DNA of 64,000 bases. Source: Candidatus Zhuqueibacterota bacterium. GTDB taxonomy: Bacteria > Zhuqueibacterota > Zhuqueibacteria > Thermofontimicrobiales > Thermofontimicrobiaceae. The notes beneath the pieces are model-generated. The model was not told where the DNA came from. It saw only the letters and a program-made list of their open reading frames with translations, and ran no database searches. Of the stretch, positions 39,708-49,093 are shown in pieces. The DNA is taken from contig JBMOPW010000032.1 in NCBI GenBank assembly GCA_049322915.1, forward strand, positions 160,001 through 224,000, in the 5' to 3' direction. The position numbers and the translations under genes were made by a program. Positions within the stretch are counted from its first letter, which is position 1, and each line of letters begins with the position of its first letter.

Positions 39708-39902
39708 CGAATTATGCAAGTGCTTGTTCATCACATGAGGTGCAGACAAAGGGGCTTTTGGTGTATTTTCTGTTATCTGTTACAGGGATTTTCTAAAGAT
39801 GGTAATTCTGATTTTGTTGATGCTTCCAGATTTTTCCATTGAACCAGGGAAAATCATTTTTATTTTAAGGTTTAATCCAACAAATTATTACAGGAGAGAG
39901 GA

Positions 39903-40220
39903 ATGGAAATAACAGAAATTACCGTAACCCTTCGCAACGAGGATAAACTTAAAGCGTTCGTCAATGTAACTTTTGAAAATAAATTCGTTGTTCGTGGCAT
40001 GAAAGTTATTAAGGGGTCGACCGGCTTTTTTGTAAGTATGCCAAGTCGTAAAATGCCAGACGGCACATTCAGGGACATTGCACATCCTATCAATAATGAA
40101 TTCCGCCAGTTTATCGAAAAGGTAATTTTGGAGGAGTATAACAAAACTTTAGAATTAGAAAAAACCGAAGGCTCTCATTCAAAACGAAATGAAAATATTT
40201 TTGTGGATGATGAATATTGA
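39903..40220 (+). CDS. spoVG: Septation regulator / nucleic-acid-binding protein SpoVG
   Basis: MEITEI..., FVSMPSRK, FRDIAHPIN. Confidence 0.95.
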   Translation: MEITEITVTLRNEDKLKAFVNVTFENKFVVRGMKVIKGSTGFFVSMPSRKMPDGTFRDIAHPINNEFRQFIEKVILEEYNKTLELEKTEGSHSKRNENIFVDDEY

Positions 40221-40244
40221 TTCACGAAACCGATGAGTCATTTT

Positions 40245-40315
40245 TGGGGCGTCGCCAAGCGGCAAGGCACAGGGTTTTGGTCCCTGCATCGAAGGTTCGA
40301 ATCCTTCCGCCCCAG
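40245..40315 (+). tRNA. tRNA-Gln (anticodon TTG)
   Basis: Acceptor TGGGGCG/CGCCCCA; anticodon arm CAGGG-TTTTGGT-CCCTG; T arm GAAGG-TTCGAAT-CCTTC; CCA not encoded. Confidence 0.97.
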
Positions 40316-40500
40316 CTTATATTCATATAATAAAGTAAGCGTCATTTTTATTTTCGAATGACGAAACTCAATTAAAGAGCAATTCTAAAGTAATATGTGT
40401 GTTTAGCAGCAAATCAATCTGGAGTGAAACGACGCTATGAGTTCATTTCAGTATTGCTCTCTTGGGTATTCGTCATTTTTATGTATCGGGGTTATGGGGC

Positions 40501-41436
40501 ATGGTCAATGCACTGAAAATTTTTTCTGGGAATGCCAGCAAAAAATTGTCAGAGAAAATAGTTTCCTATTTGGGTCTACCTCTTGGCGATTCGAGCACCC
40601 AGCATTTCAGCGATGGAGAAATCTGGGTAAAATACAACGAGAATATTCGCGGGTGCGATTTATTCATTATCCAGTCGACCTATTCGCCAGGCGATAATTT
40701 GCTCGAACTGCTCATTATGATCGATACGGCGCGCAGAGCCTCAGCACGACGAATCACTGCAGTTCTTCCGTATTTCGGCTATGCCCGTCAGGATCGAAAA
40801 GATCAGCCGCGGGTAGCCATCACAGCAAAACTCGTCGCCAACTTGATAACAACCGCTGGTGCGGATCGCGTGCTCACGATGGATTTACATGCGCCGCAAA
40901 TCCAGGGATTTTTTGATATCCCGGTTGATCATTTATATTCATCAGCTATTTTGACGGATTATTTCCGAAGGAAAGGCCTGGAAGATCCAATCGTGCTTTC
41001 CCCGGATATTGGCGGCGTGAAACTGGCGCGAGCCTATGCGAAGCGGCTCAACGTGCCTCTGGCTATTGTGGACAAGCGGCGTCCCGGTCCCAATAAATCT
41101 GAGGTAATGAATCTCATCGGTTCTGTGGCCAATAAAGACGTCATTATTATCGATGATATTGTTGACACCGGCGGAACAATGGTCAAAGCTGCCGAGCGGG
41201 CAATGGAGGAAGGCGCCAGAAGTGTGTACGCGGCATGTACGCATCCAATCCTTTCGGGTAACGCGATTCAGACTATCAAAGAGTCCAGGCTTTCGGAATT
41301 TGTGGTCACAGATTCGATCCCGCTACCGCCCGAAAAAACACTGAATAATTTAACAGTACTGTCCGTTGCCAGTATGTTTGGCAATGGTATAAAAAGAATT
41401 CACAATGAAGAGTCTATAAGTATTTTATTTGATTAA
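40501..41436 (+). CDS. prs: Ribose-phosphate pyrophosphokinase
   Basis: FSDGEI, YFGYARQDRK, MDLHAPQIQGFF, SPDIGG, DDIVDTGGT. Confidence 0.97.
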   Translation: MVNALKIFSGNASKKLSEKIVSYLGLPLGDSSTQHFSDGEIWVKYNENIRGCDLFIIQSTYSPGDNLLELLIMIDTARRASARRITAVLPYFGYARQDRKDQPRVAITAKLVANLITTAGADRVLTMDLHAPQIQGFFDIPVDHLYSSAILTDYFRRKGLEDPIVLSPDIGGVKLARAYAKRLNVPLAIVDKRRPGPNKSEVMNLIGSVANKDVIIIDDIVDTGGTMVKAAERAMEEGARSVYAACTHPILSGNAIQTIKESRLSEFVVTDSIPLPPEKTLNNLTVLSVASMFGNGIKRIHNEESISILFD

Positions 41437-41460
41437 AAGTAATATGATTGGAGTGAAGGA

Positions 41461-42087
41461 ATGTCTGAACAATTATTAAATGCAGAAGTTAGAAAATTGA
41501 CTGGAAAAGAAATCGCTAAAAAATTGAGACGGGAAGGCAAAGTCCCCGGCATATTCTATTCGCATAATGAAGAGTCAATTCCCATCATTGTCGACGAACG
41601 TGAGTTGATGAAGGTACTGGTTTCCGAATCCAGTTTGATTGATATTCAAATTGAAAAAAAGAAGAAGCGAAAAGCGATTATCAGAGAAGTCCAGACCGAT
41701 CCAGTAAAACAGAATTTGGTACATGTCGATGTCATGGGCGTGAATTTGAAAGAGAAAGTCACTCTTGCGGTACCAATCCGGTTTGTCGGCGAGGCTGTTG
41801 GAGTAAAAACCCATGGCGGTATTTTGCATCAGTTGATGCGCGAAATAGAAGTTTCATGTCTGCCGCTTGATTTGCCGGAGCATATTGAAATCGACGTCTC
41901 TGCTTTGAATGTGGGAGATTTGATTACAGTGAGCGCTATCCACCTTGAGAATGTGGAAATACTGGGCGAACCGGACCAGGCCATCGTGCACGTCATCACG
42001 CCGACAGTTGCCAAGTCAAGTGAGACAGATCTATCTGAAGTAACCGAAGGTGAAGCAGGCGAAGAAGAGGCCGAGAAAGAAAAGTAG
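41461..42087 (+). CDS. rplY: 50S ribosomal protein L25/Ctc
   Basis: LRREGKVPGIFY, HVD, GVKTHGGIL, LPEHIEIDVS. Confidence 0.95.
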   Translation: MSEQLLNAEVRKLTGKEIAKKLRREGKVPGIFYSHNEESIPIIVDERELMKVLVSESSLIDIQIEKKKKRKAIIREVQTDPVKQNLVHVDVMGVNLKEKVTLAVPIRFVGEAVGVKTHGGILHQLMREIEVSCLPLDLPEHIEIDVSALNVGDLITVSAIHLENVEILGEPDQAIVHVITPTVAKSSETDLSEVTEGEAGEEEAEKEK

Positions 42088-42112
42088 AAAAGATACGCCA
42101 GGATATTTCTGA

Positions 42113-42700
42113 ATGGATGCGAAATTTGTCATTGTTGGGCTGGGCAATCCTGGCAAGAAATATGCACATACAAGGCACAATATCGGTTTCATGGTGTTAG
42201 ATCGGATCGCAGGAAAGGCTTCGAACACTTTCGAAAAATCAAATCGGCTTTATTGGAGCGCTTCTTATACTCACGGTCTGGAAACCGTGGCGTTGGTAAA
42301 GCCAGCAACGTTTATGAACTTAAGCGGTCAGGCTGTGGCTGATTACCTGACCAGTCAGAACGCTCAAGTCTCGCAATTGCTGGTGATTTGTGACGATATT
42401 AATTTACCATTCGGAACAATCAGAATTCGGTTCAAGGGAAGCGATGGCGGACAAAAAGGCTTGAGATCGATCATCGAGCATCTTGGCACTGATAATTTCC
42501 CGCGGCTGCGGATCGGAATCAGCAATGATTTTGAGGATGCTGCAGAATATGTTCTATCTCAATTTTCTGACTCGGAGGCGGCGCATTTGCCGATCATTTT
42601 GAGCCATGCGGCAGATGCTGTTCAATGTTTTTTGGAAAATGGAATCGAAAGCGCCATGAGTCGATTTAATAGAAATTACCTGGATGAGGATGTGGTTTAA
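42113..42700 (+). CDS. pth: Peptidyl-tRNA hydrolase
   Basis: GLGNPGKKYAHTRHNIGF, KPATFMNLSG, RLRIGI. Confidence 0.96.
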   Translation: MDAKFVIVGLGNPGKKYAHTRHNIGFMVLDRIAGKASNTFEKSNRLYWSASYTHGLETVALVKPATFMNLSGQAVADYLTSQNAQVSQLLVICDDINLPFGTIRIRFKGSDGGQKGLRSIIEHLGTDNFPRLRIGISNDFEDAAEYVLSQFSDSEAAHLPIILSHAADAVQCFLENGIESAMSRFNRNYLDEDVV

Positions 42701-43022
42701 AAGTCTGTACAGCGGGAGAATTAAAAGAGTCGGTTGTATTTCGTTGAGATGATTGAGTACAAAGGTTGCATGACGGTGCTGAATTGGTAAAGTTTAATTT
42801 CTTTGGAGTTCATTGTCAGGGTAGATTGAAAAAATCGGATTGTCACAATCGCCGGATACTCATTTCAGGGTATTAAAACATGGCAGCCAGTCTGCCGGTT
42901 GGGTAATTCGAGCGGACAAAGGTAACTCATTGCGTCGCACTCCGACCAAATGGGGAGGAGTTGCAATGCGAATTGAGACTTTGTTTTAATAATGAAAGAA
43001 TAATTTGGAGGTAAAAAAAGGC

Positions 43023-43487
43023 TTGAGAACGTACGAAACGGTAGTCGTTATTGATTCACTCTTAAAGAGCGAAGAAATTGATGCAGTCATTGAAAAGATA
43101 TCGAGAATAATTAATAACAATGGCGGAGTAATTAAAACTGTCGATCACTGGGGCAAAAAGCGTTTGGCGTATGAAATTAAGAAACGTCAATATGGTTATT
43201 ATGTTGAAATAATATTTGACGCTCCTGGCAATATTATCAAGACATTAGAGCGGGAATATAGATTGGATGAAAATATTTTACGCTATTTATCTTTATACCT
43301 TGACGCGAGTGCTATCGCCTATATTGAAGAACAGCGAAACCGGCAAACGAAAACCCAGGTCGAAAAAGCTAATGGTCCCGAGGAAAAACCAGGCAAAGAT
43401 GTAATTGAAACTGAGATATTAGCCCCGGTTGAAGAAAATGCAGAAGTCATCGCGCCATCGTCGGATCTGAAAGTAGATGCGGAATAA
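43023..43487 (+). CDS. rpsF: 30S ribosomal protein S6
   Basis: TTG start after GGAGG; RTYE, WGKKRLAYEIKK, ILRYL. Confidence 0.95.
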   Translation: MRTYETVVVIDSLLKSEEIDAVIEKISRIINNNGGVIKTVDHWGKKRLAYEIKKRQYGYYVEIIFDAPGNIIKTLEREYRLDENILRYLSLYLDASAIAYIEEQRNRQTKTQVEKANGPEEKPGKDVIETEILAPVEENAEVIAPSSDLKVDAE

Positions 43488-43564
43488 GATAAAGATTACG
43501 GGCTGAGGTAAGGTATCAAGGTGGTGAAAAAATGGTGTAAAGATAGTCTGGGAGGTCTTTGTTG

Positions 43565-44101
43565 ATGGCAAATTTGAAAATGCCGGATATTAATAATGTG
43601 TTAATAGCAGGCAATTTAACATGTGACCCTTCTTTCAGAAAAACGACCAATGGGACACCAGTAGCGAATTTTTTTATTGCATCCAATCGTAAGTTTAAAG
43701 ACAACAACGGACAGTGGCGTGAAAACGTTTGCTATGTCGGCGTTGTCGCATGGTACAAATTGGCGGAAAGCTGTTACGAAAATCTCAAGAAGGGGAACGC
43801 GATCATCGTCGATGGAGAACTACAAAGTCGCAGTTGGCGTAACGATGATGGTACGAGCAGAAACGTGGTTGAAATCAAAGCTAGAAGGATCCAATTCCTA
43901 AACCGAAAGAGCATCTCCAAAGATGATGATGACTCTGTCGAGTTTGCAGAGGAAGAGGATTATCATTCCAGCACTATCGAAACAGACGAACCTGGAGATA
44001 TGAATGAGACTGCCGCTCCTGATGGCGTATTTCGCGAAGGGAATAAGGACGAAGGTGGCAGTTCTGAGTACGATTTTGGCTATAAAGATTTTACCCTGTA
44101 A
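43565..44101 (+). CDS. ssb: Single-stranded DNA-binding protein
   Basis: NNVLIAGNLT.DP, LKKG..IIVDGELQSRSW; lies between rpsF and rpsR. Confidence 0.95.
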   Translation: MANLKMPDINNVLIAGNLTCDPSFRKTTNGTPVANFFIASNRKFKDNNGQWRENVCYVGVVAWYKLAESCYENLKKGNAIIVDGELQSRSWRNDDGTSRNVVEIKARRIQFLNRKSISKDDDDSVEFAEEEDYHSSTIETDEPGDMNETAAPDGVFREGNKDEGGSSEYDFGYKDFTL

Positions 44102-44167
44102 TTTGAAAATAGTCATCGTTTAAAAGAAAATAAGAAGAAGCTTTTTAAAGAGGAGATAAAAGCAATT

Positions 44168-44389
44168 ATGATGAGGAAAAAACGTATTTGTCGTTTTTGT
44201 GAAGATGGCTCTGATTACATCGATTTCAGAGATGAGAAAAAATTAATGCGGTTTACAACGGAGCAGGGGAAAATTATTCCCCGCAGAACTTCAGGGACAT
44301 GCGCGAAACATCAACGGCAACTGGTGAAATCAATTAAACGTGCCAGACACCTGGCGCTGATCCCCTACATTGCAGAGATGAGCCGATAA
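44168..44389 (+). CDS. rpsR: 30S ribosomal protein S18 (zinc-binding C+ type)
   Basis: CRFC, GKIIPRR.SGTCAKHQR, IKRAR. Confidence 0.97.
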   Translation: MMRKKRICRFCEDGSDYIDFRDEKKLMRFTTEQGKIIPRRTSGTCAKHQRQLVKSIKRARHLALIPYIAEMSR

Positions 44390-44416
44390 TTTTAAACACT
44401 ATGAGGAAATTTTGTA

Positions 44417-44860
44417 ATGAAAGTAATTCTGAAAAAAGATTTTAATAAGGTTGGCAAAGTTGGCGATGTTGTAAAAGTGAAAGACGGCTATGCCCGAAAT
44501 TATCTAATACCCCAGGGTATTGCTTTAAAAGCGGACGAAAGTAATATCAGGTTGCTGGAAGCGGAACGAAAGCTCATTCAAACGAGACTGAATAAAGATA
44601 GGAAGAGCGCAGAAAAATTAGCTGAGGAACTGGACAAAATATCTTGCACCGCAACAGTGACAGTCGGTGAAGAAGATAAGGTTTTTGGATCAGTCACAAG
44701 CCAAACAATCGCAGATCTGCTGAAAGATAAAGGCGTCGAGATCGATAAAAAGAAAATCTTGCTTGACGAGCCCATCAAAGCATTGGGTATTTACACGATT
44801 CCGATTAAGCTGCATTCCGAAGTCGAAGCTAAAATTAAACTCTGGGTGGTGAAGGAGTAG
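44417..44860 (+). CDS. rplI: 50S ribosomal protein L9
   Basis: MKVIL, VKDGYARNYLIP, FGSVT, PIKALG. Confidence 0.97.
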   Translation: MKVILKKDFNKVGKVGDVVKVKDGYARNYLIPQGIALKADESNIRLLEAERKLIQTRLNKDRKSAEKLAEELDKISCTATVTVGEEDKVFGSVTSQTIADLLKDKGVEIDKKKILLDEPIKALGIYTIPIKLHSEVEAKIKLWVVKE

Positions 44861-44984
44861 TATTGTTTCGCGGAGGGAGGAAAAGAAAGGAGAACAACTT
44901 ATTCAGAATTTAGCATTTTTAATTCCGAAATAAGTAACATGCATTGACGAAACAGCGGGCAATCTTTTCCAGGATTAATGCATA

Positions 44985-45725
44985 ATGAATGTATTCTGGT
45001 ACTTGATTTTAGCGCATCTTATTGCTGATTTTCCCCTCCAGTCAGATAAGATTTATGCGATACGCCTCAAGCATAAATGGGGCGTTCTGCTCCACGTCGG
45101 AATTTATTTCATCACCAACCTGGTCGTTGCCTTCCCATTTTTGAGTTTCAAACAATTCTGGTTCGCAATTTTATTTCTTGCCATAACCCATTTAATTGAG
45201 GACTGGACCAAAATCGCCTTGACAAGAAAGGCGCTTCAGGATTCCATCGTCCTATTTTTTGTTGACCAATTTATTCATATCTTTTTCATCTGGCTCAGTT
45301 GTTTTGTCCTTTTTGATATTCCAGCACCTGAAATCACCAATCAATTTGTGCAACGATATTATTTTAACTCTCATATTATATTTATGCTCATTGGATTGGT
45401 CTTTTCGGTTTTTGCCGGCGTCGTGCTCATTTATTATGTTCGGAAGTGCGTTCACAGAATAAAGTTCAGCAATGACGATAGTTCTGTGCAATTCCCAAAA
45501 ATTAAAAAACGGCGTATCGGTTACATCGAACGCCTTTTTTCAACCAGTGGGGTGATACTCGGTGGCTGGTTTCTCATTTTATTGCCGCTCGCATTTCTTC
45601 CCCGATTGATCATTTCTAAGGATCGAGAACTGGAAGAATTTCTCTTGATAAATTTATTGACCGGATTGGCCATCTCAATCGGGAGCGGTGTATTTGTGCA
45701 TGTTGCAAGCTATTATTTTGGTTAA
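44985..45725 (+). CDS. DUF3307-like membrane protein
   Basis: AHLIADFPLQ, LLHVGI, THLIED, DQFIH, IGYIER. Confidence 0.85.
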   Translation: MNVFWYLILAHLIADFPLQSDKIYAIRLKHKWGVLLHVGIYFITNLVVAFPFLSFKQFWFAILFLAITHLIEDWTKIALTRKALQDSIVLFFVDQFIHIFFIWLSCFVLFDIPAPEITNQFVQRYYFNSHIIFMLIGLVFSVFAGVVLIYYVRKCVHRIKFSNDDSSVQFPKIKKRRIGYIERLFSTSGVILGGWFLILLPLAFLPRLIISKDRELEEFLLINLLTGLAISIGSGVFVHVASYYFG

Positions 45726-45788
45726 TTGACCAGAAGAAAATAAATTACTGAAAGGTCGATTAAAATTTTGTGAGGCCATAAAAAAGTG

Positions 45789-45817
45789 TTGACTTTAACT
45801 TGAATATATATTAAATT
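45789..45817 (+). promoter_or_regulatory. Sigma70-type promoter for the zinc-ribbon gene (about 300-nt leader)
   Basis: TTGACT-17 nt-TAAATT. Confidence 0.55.
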
Positions 45818-46119
45818 TTTCTCAATGAAAATTCAAAGGATATACAGGCATGAGCGGATCGTGAATTTGTGTCCATCAGACCGGGAAAGGTGAGGCAGGC
45901 TATTTAAGGTTAAAATAGAAAAAATAAATTATCGAGCGAGGAAGATTTATAATCATTATGAATACGAAGCATTATATTTTATAGTGCGGACGATTCAAAG
46001 CAGGATAATAATCTTTGGTACGGAGGGAAGGAATCTTCCATAATTCATTGGTTATTAGGGAAATACTGTAAATTAGTTTTAGAAAGCTAACATATTAATT
46101 TGTGAGGGGAGGTTTTATT

Positions 46120-46311
46120 ATGGAAACTGTATATCCTGAATGTCTGAAATGTTCGACGGGCGTGCTGATCCCTTTATCTGATTATGGACGTGAAGGTTCA
46201 TCTATAATGTATAAAGCGTGGGTTTGCACCAATCCGGAGTGTGGCTTTAACATTAGAATCGATAATGGAGAATTAAGCATTGGCAAAGTGATAGGCCAAT
46301 CTTATAAATAA
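46120..46311 (+). CDS. Small zinc-ribbon protein (63 aa)
   Basis: GGGGAGG RBS; CLKC...WVCTNPEC (CxxC...CxxxxC). Confidence 0.85.
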   Translation: METVYPECLKCSTGVLIPLSDYGREGSSIMYKAWVCTNPECGFNIRIDNGELSIGKVIGQSYK

Positions 46312-46353
46312 TGAAGATTTTCCTCGCTCATAATTTTATTGGTTTCGGTCTTG

Positions 46354-46400
46354 TTGAAGAGGGTAAAGGGATTTAATTCCAATTACCCTTTTTCAATTTT
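46354..46400 (+). terminator. Terminator-like hairpin after the zinc-ribbon gene
   Basis: GAAGAGGGTAA...TTACCCTTTTTC followed by T-rich sequence. Confidence 0.5.
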
Positions 46401-46426
46401 ATACATCTCGAAATGAAGACAAAAAA

Positions 46427-47359
46427 ATGAAAGACTATCTGACCAGTAATCTGAAGATAAAATTAAGCGTTCTCGGCATTGCCTTGTTTGTATGGCTGTA
46501 TGTGAAAACTGAAGATAATTATAAATATAATTTAGATATTCCTCTCCGCATTACAAATTTAAGACCGAACCAGGTCATTGAAAATGAGCTTCCACGAAAC
46601 GTGACGGTGACTTCCTGGGGTAAGGGAAAAGCGCTTGTTTCGCTATTGATTCGTCGGGATGCATCCTATGTGCTGGACGTTGCCAATATTCATAAAAAAA
46701 AACGAGTCGCATTGGACAGGAATTCCATTCGCTTGCCCCGGAAAACAGACATTGAATTTTTTAACATCGTGACGCCTGAATCTGTCACAGTCGTGATTAC
46801 AGAACTCATTGAAAAAAAGGTCCCGGTAATAACTGATATTGAAATTGAAACGATTCCCGGGTATTCGAGCATTGATAATTTTATCATTGAACCAGAGTCT
46901 GTAATTGTGAGAGGCCCATTTGCTACGACTGATTCGATTAAGGCGATTCACACGGAGAAAAAAGTATATAAGAAGATTAAGCATGATTTTAATAAAAAAC
47001 TGAATCTCGTTTTCCCGCAGCAAAAACATGTGAGGCTGATGACCGAAGAAATTGATGTGTTCGTTGATGTTCAAAAGCTCATGGAAAAACAGATATATGA
47101 AATACCGGTCGAGGTGCGGAATCAGCCAGAAAATATGAGGATGACCGCCGCACCATCCACCTTATCGTTAGTGCTGGAAGGCGGTGCTGAACAGCTATTA
47201 ACGGTCACTCACAATGATGTAAAGGCATATCTCGATTATGAAAAAATAAAAGGATCAAAAGAGAAATATCACCTGGCCTATATCGAAACACCGGAAGGTG
47301 TCAGGTACAGGGACGTCAAGCCTAAACGATTTAAAATTGTTGTAGAACGAATACGATAA
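46427..47359 (+). CDS. YbbR-domain protein (CdaR-like)
   Basis: N-terminal TM (KLSVLGIALFVWLYV); YbbR-like repeats KKVPV...IEPESVIVRGP and EIPVEVRN...PSTLSLVLEG. Confidence 0.82.
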   Translation: MKDYLTSNLKIKLSVLGIALFVWLYVKTEDNYKYNLDIPLRITNLRPNQVIENELPRNVTVTSWGKGKALVSLLIRRDASYVLDVANIHKKKRVALDRNSIRLPRKTDIEFFNIVTPESVTVVITELIEKKVPVITDIEIETIPGYSSIDNFIIEPESVIVRGPFATTDSIKAIHTEKKVYKKIKHDFNKKLNLVFPQQKHVRLMTEEIDVFVDVQKLMEKQIYEIPVEVRNQPENMRMTAAPSTLSLVLEGGAEQLLTVTHNDVKAYLDYEKIKGSKEKYHLAYIETPEGVRYRDVKPKRFKIVVERIR

Positions 47360-47366
47360 GAGCGAA

Positions 47367-48362
47367 ATGATTGTATTAGGAATAGAAACGTCATGTGATG
47401 AAACCGCCGCGGCTATCTACGGGGATGAAGGATTACAGTCCAATATCATTGCATCCCAGACCGTGCATGCCGAATACGGCGGCGTGGTGCCGGAACTGGC
47501 TTCGAGAGAGCATATCCGGCTCATCCTTCCAATTGTCAGAGAGGCAATCGAACAGGCGAAAATAAAATTCGAACAGGTCGAGGGAATTGCTGTTACGTTC
47601 GGGCCGGGATTGGTTGGCTCAATATTGGTGGGCTTGAATGCCGCAAAGGCCATGGCCTACACGCGAAAGCTTCCCTGGGTTGGAGTGAATCATATTGAAG
47701 GGCATATTTTTTCAATATTTTTAAATCACCCTGAATTGACCATGCCCTTCATTTCATTGATCATTTCAGGCGGGCACACGCAATTGATCGCTGTGAAAGG
47801 TCTGGGCCATTATGAAATCCTGGGGCGGACGCTCGATGATGCAGCCGGCGAGGCATTCGATAAGGTCGCCAAAATGTTAGAACTTGGCTATCCCGGCGGG
47901 CCAATTATTGATAAAGTGTCGCGGAATGGCGATAGCGATTTTGCAAAATTCCCGCGCGCACTTATGAAAGAGGATGATTTCAATTTCAGCTTCAGTGGCT
48001 TAAAAACGGCAGTTTTGTATTTTCTTAAAAAGATGAGTCCTGAAGATCGCCACGCGAATCGAGCGAACATAGCGGCGAGTTTTCAATCTGCTCTGGTTGA
48101 AACGCTGGTTGAGAAGACCTTGCACGCTGCAAAGAAGATGCGGATAAAACAGGTTGTTCTGGCCGGGGGCGTAGCAAGAAATAGTTATTTACGCGCGACG
48201 ATGAGCGCGCGAGCGGAGCAAGAAAATTTGCAGGTGAATATTCCCGATCCAATCTTTTGCACGGATAATGCGGCGATGGTTGCATGGGTTGGGTATCAAA
48301 AACTCAGGAAAGGGATCACTTCTGATTATCAACTTGCCCCGCTTCCAAATTTAAAATTATAG
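47367..48362 (+). CDS. tsaD: tRNA N6-adenosine threonylcarbamoyltransferase
   Basis: GIETSCDET, GGVVPELASREH, NHIEGH, DDAAGEAFDK, SFSGLKT, CTDNAAM. Confidence 0.97.
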   Translation: MIVLGIETSCDETAAAIYGDEGLQSNIIASQTVHAEYGGVVPELASREHIRLILPIVREAIEQAKIKFEQVEGIAVTFGPGLVGSILVGLNAAKAMAYTRKLPWVGVNHIEGHIFSIFLNHPELTMPFISLIISGGHTQLIAVKGLGHYEILGRTLDDAAGEAFDKVAKMLELGYPGGPIIDKVSRNGDSDFAKFPRALMKEDDFNFSFSGLKTAVLYFLKKMSPEDRHANRANIAASFQSALVETLVEKTLHAAKKMRIKQVVLAGGVARNSYLRATMSARAEQENLQVNIPDPIFCTDNAAMVAWVGYQKLRKGITSDYQLAPLPNLKL

Positions 48363-48373
48363 TGGGAACTTGA

Positions 48374-48865
48374 TTATAATTTGGTCTGGTCAAAGATTTC
48401 CACAAGCACGATCAACAGCCAGAATAGATAGGCCTCGTCCTGCTTGTTCAACGCATAATTGTCCGCAATGTCCTCAATGAGCATGTCCAATGCGTAACTG
48501 ATGACCCCAATCTGCTTTATCTCGGGCTGTTTCTCGATGAAGTTATACGATTTCTCAATATCAAACTCATCGAATTTATCCAGCCAGAGTTCGCGTTTCT
48601 CCACAATATCCAGAATTTGGTTCGTTGAAATTTCTGATTGGGCATGCGGGAATGTCGATCTGAAAATAGCCCAGATGGTTCGGGTATAGTTATTTGTCAG
48701 TTCAGCTAATTCTGGATTCAGATGCTGATTGAACTTTTCAACAAATTCATGGATGTAGGGTTGCTCTTTTTTGAAATTTTCTTCAATCGCATTTAGCTCA
48801 GTAACTGTAGACCGACCGATTCGCATCCAAATTTCATCAACAGTTTTTCTGGGAATTAATTCCAT
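48374..48865 (-). CDS. Hypothetical protein (helical, acidic)
   Basis: 163-aa ORF with GGAGG RBS; no motif recognised. Confidence 0.75.
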   Translation of the reverse strand: MELIPRKTVDEIWMRIGRSTVTELNAIEENFKKEQPYIHEFVEKFNQHLNPELAELTNNYTRTIWAIFRSTFPHAQSEISTNQILDIVEKRELWLDKFDEFDIEKSYNFIEKQPEIKQIGVISYALDMLIEDIADNYALNKQDEAYLFWLLIVLVEIFDQTKL

Positions 48866-49093
48866 TTAACATTGCCTCCGTGTATCGATTCGGTAAAAGT
48901 ATAACCGGAAATATGTATCTTACTGAAGTATCGGAAAAAAGTCGGAAAATATTAGTTACGGACCATGCGAAAGGGGATAGGAAATCATGCGGTCGTTAGC
49001 TGGAATGCCGGCCAGAAGCGATCCGATGGAAGTGGAAAAAGGATAACTATCAGGATACCGAATTGGGGAATAGGCTGCATGCCGGACGATGAA

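Noticed and set aside
45860..45910. TCAGACCGGGAAAGGTGAGGCAG resembling the SRP RNA domain IV
   Set aside because: Loop size and the internal-loop AGCAG pattern do not fit, and there is no long flanking helix.
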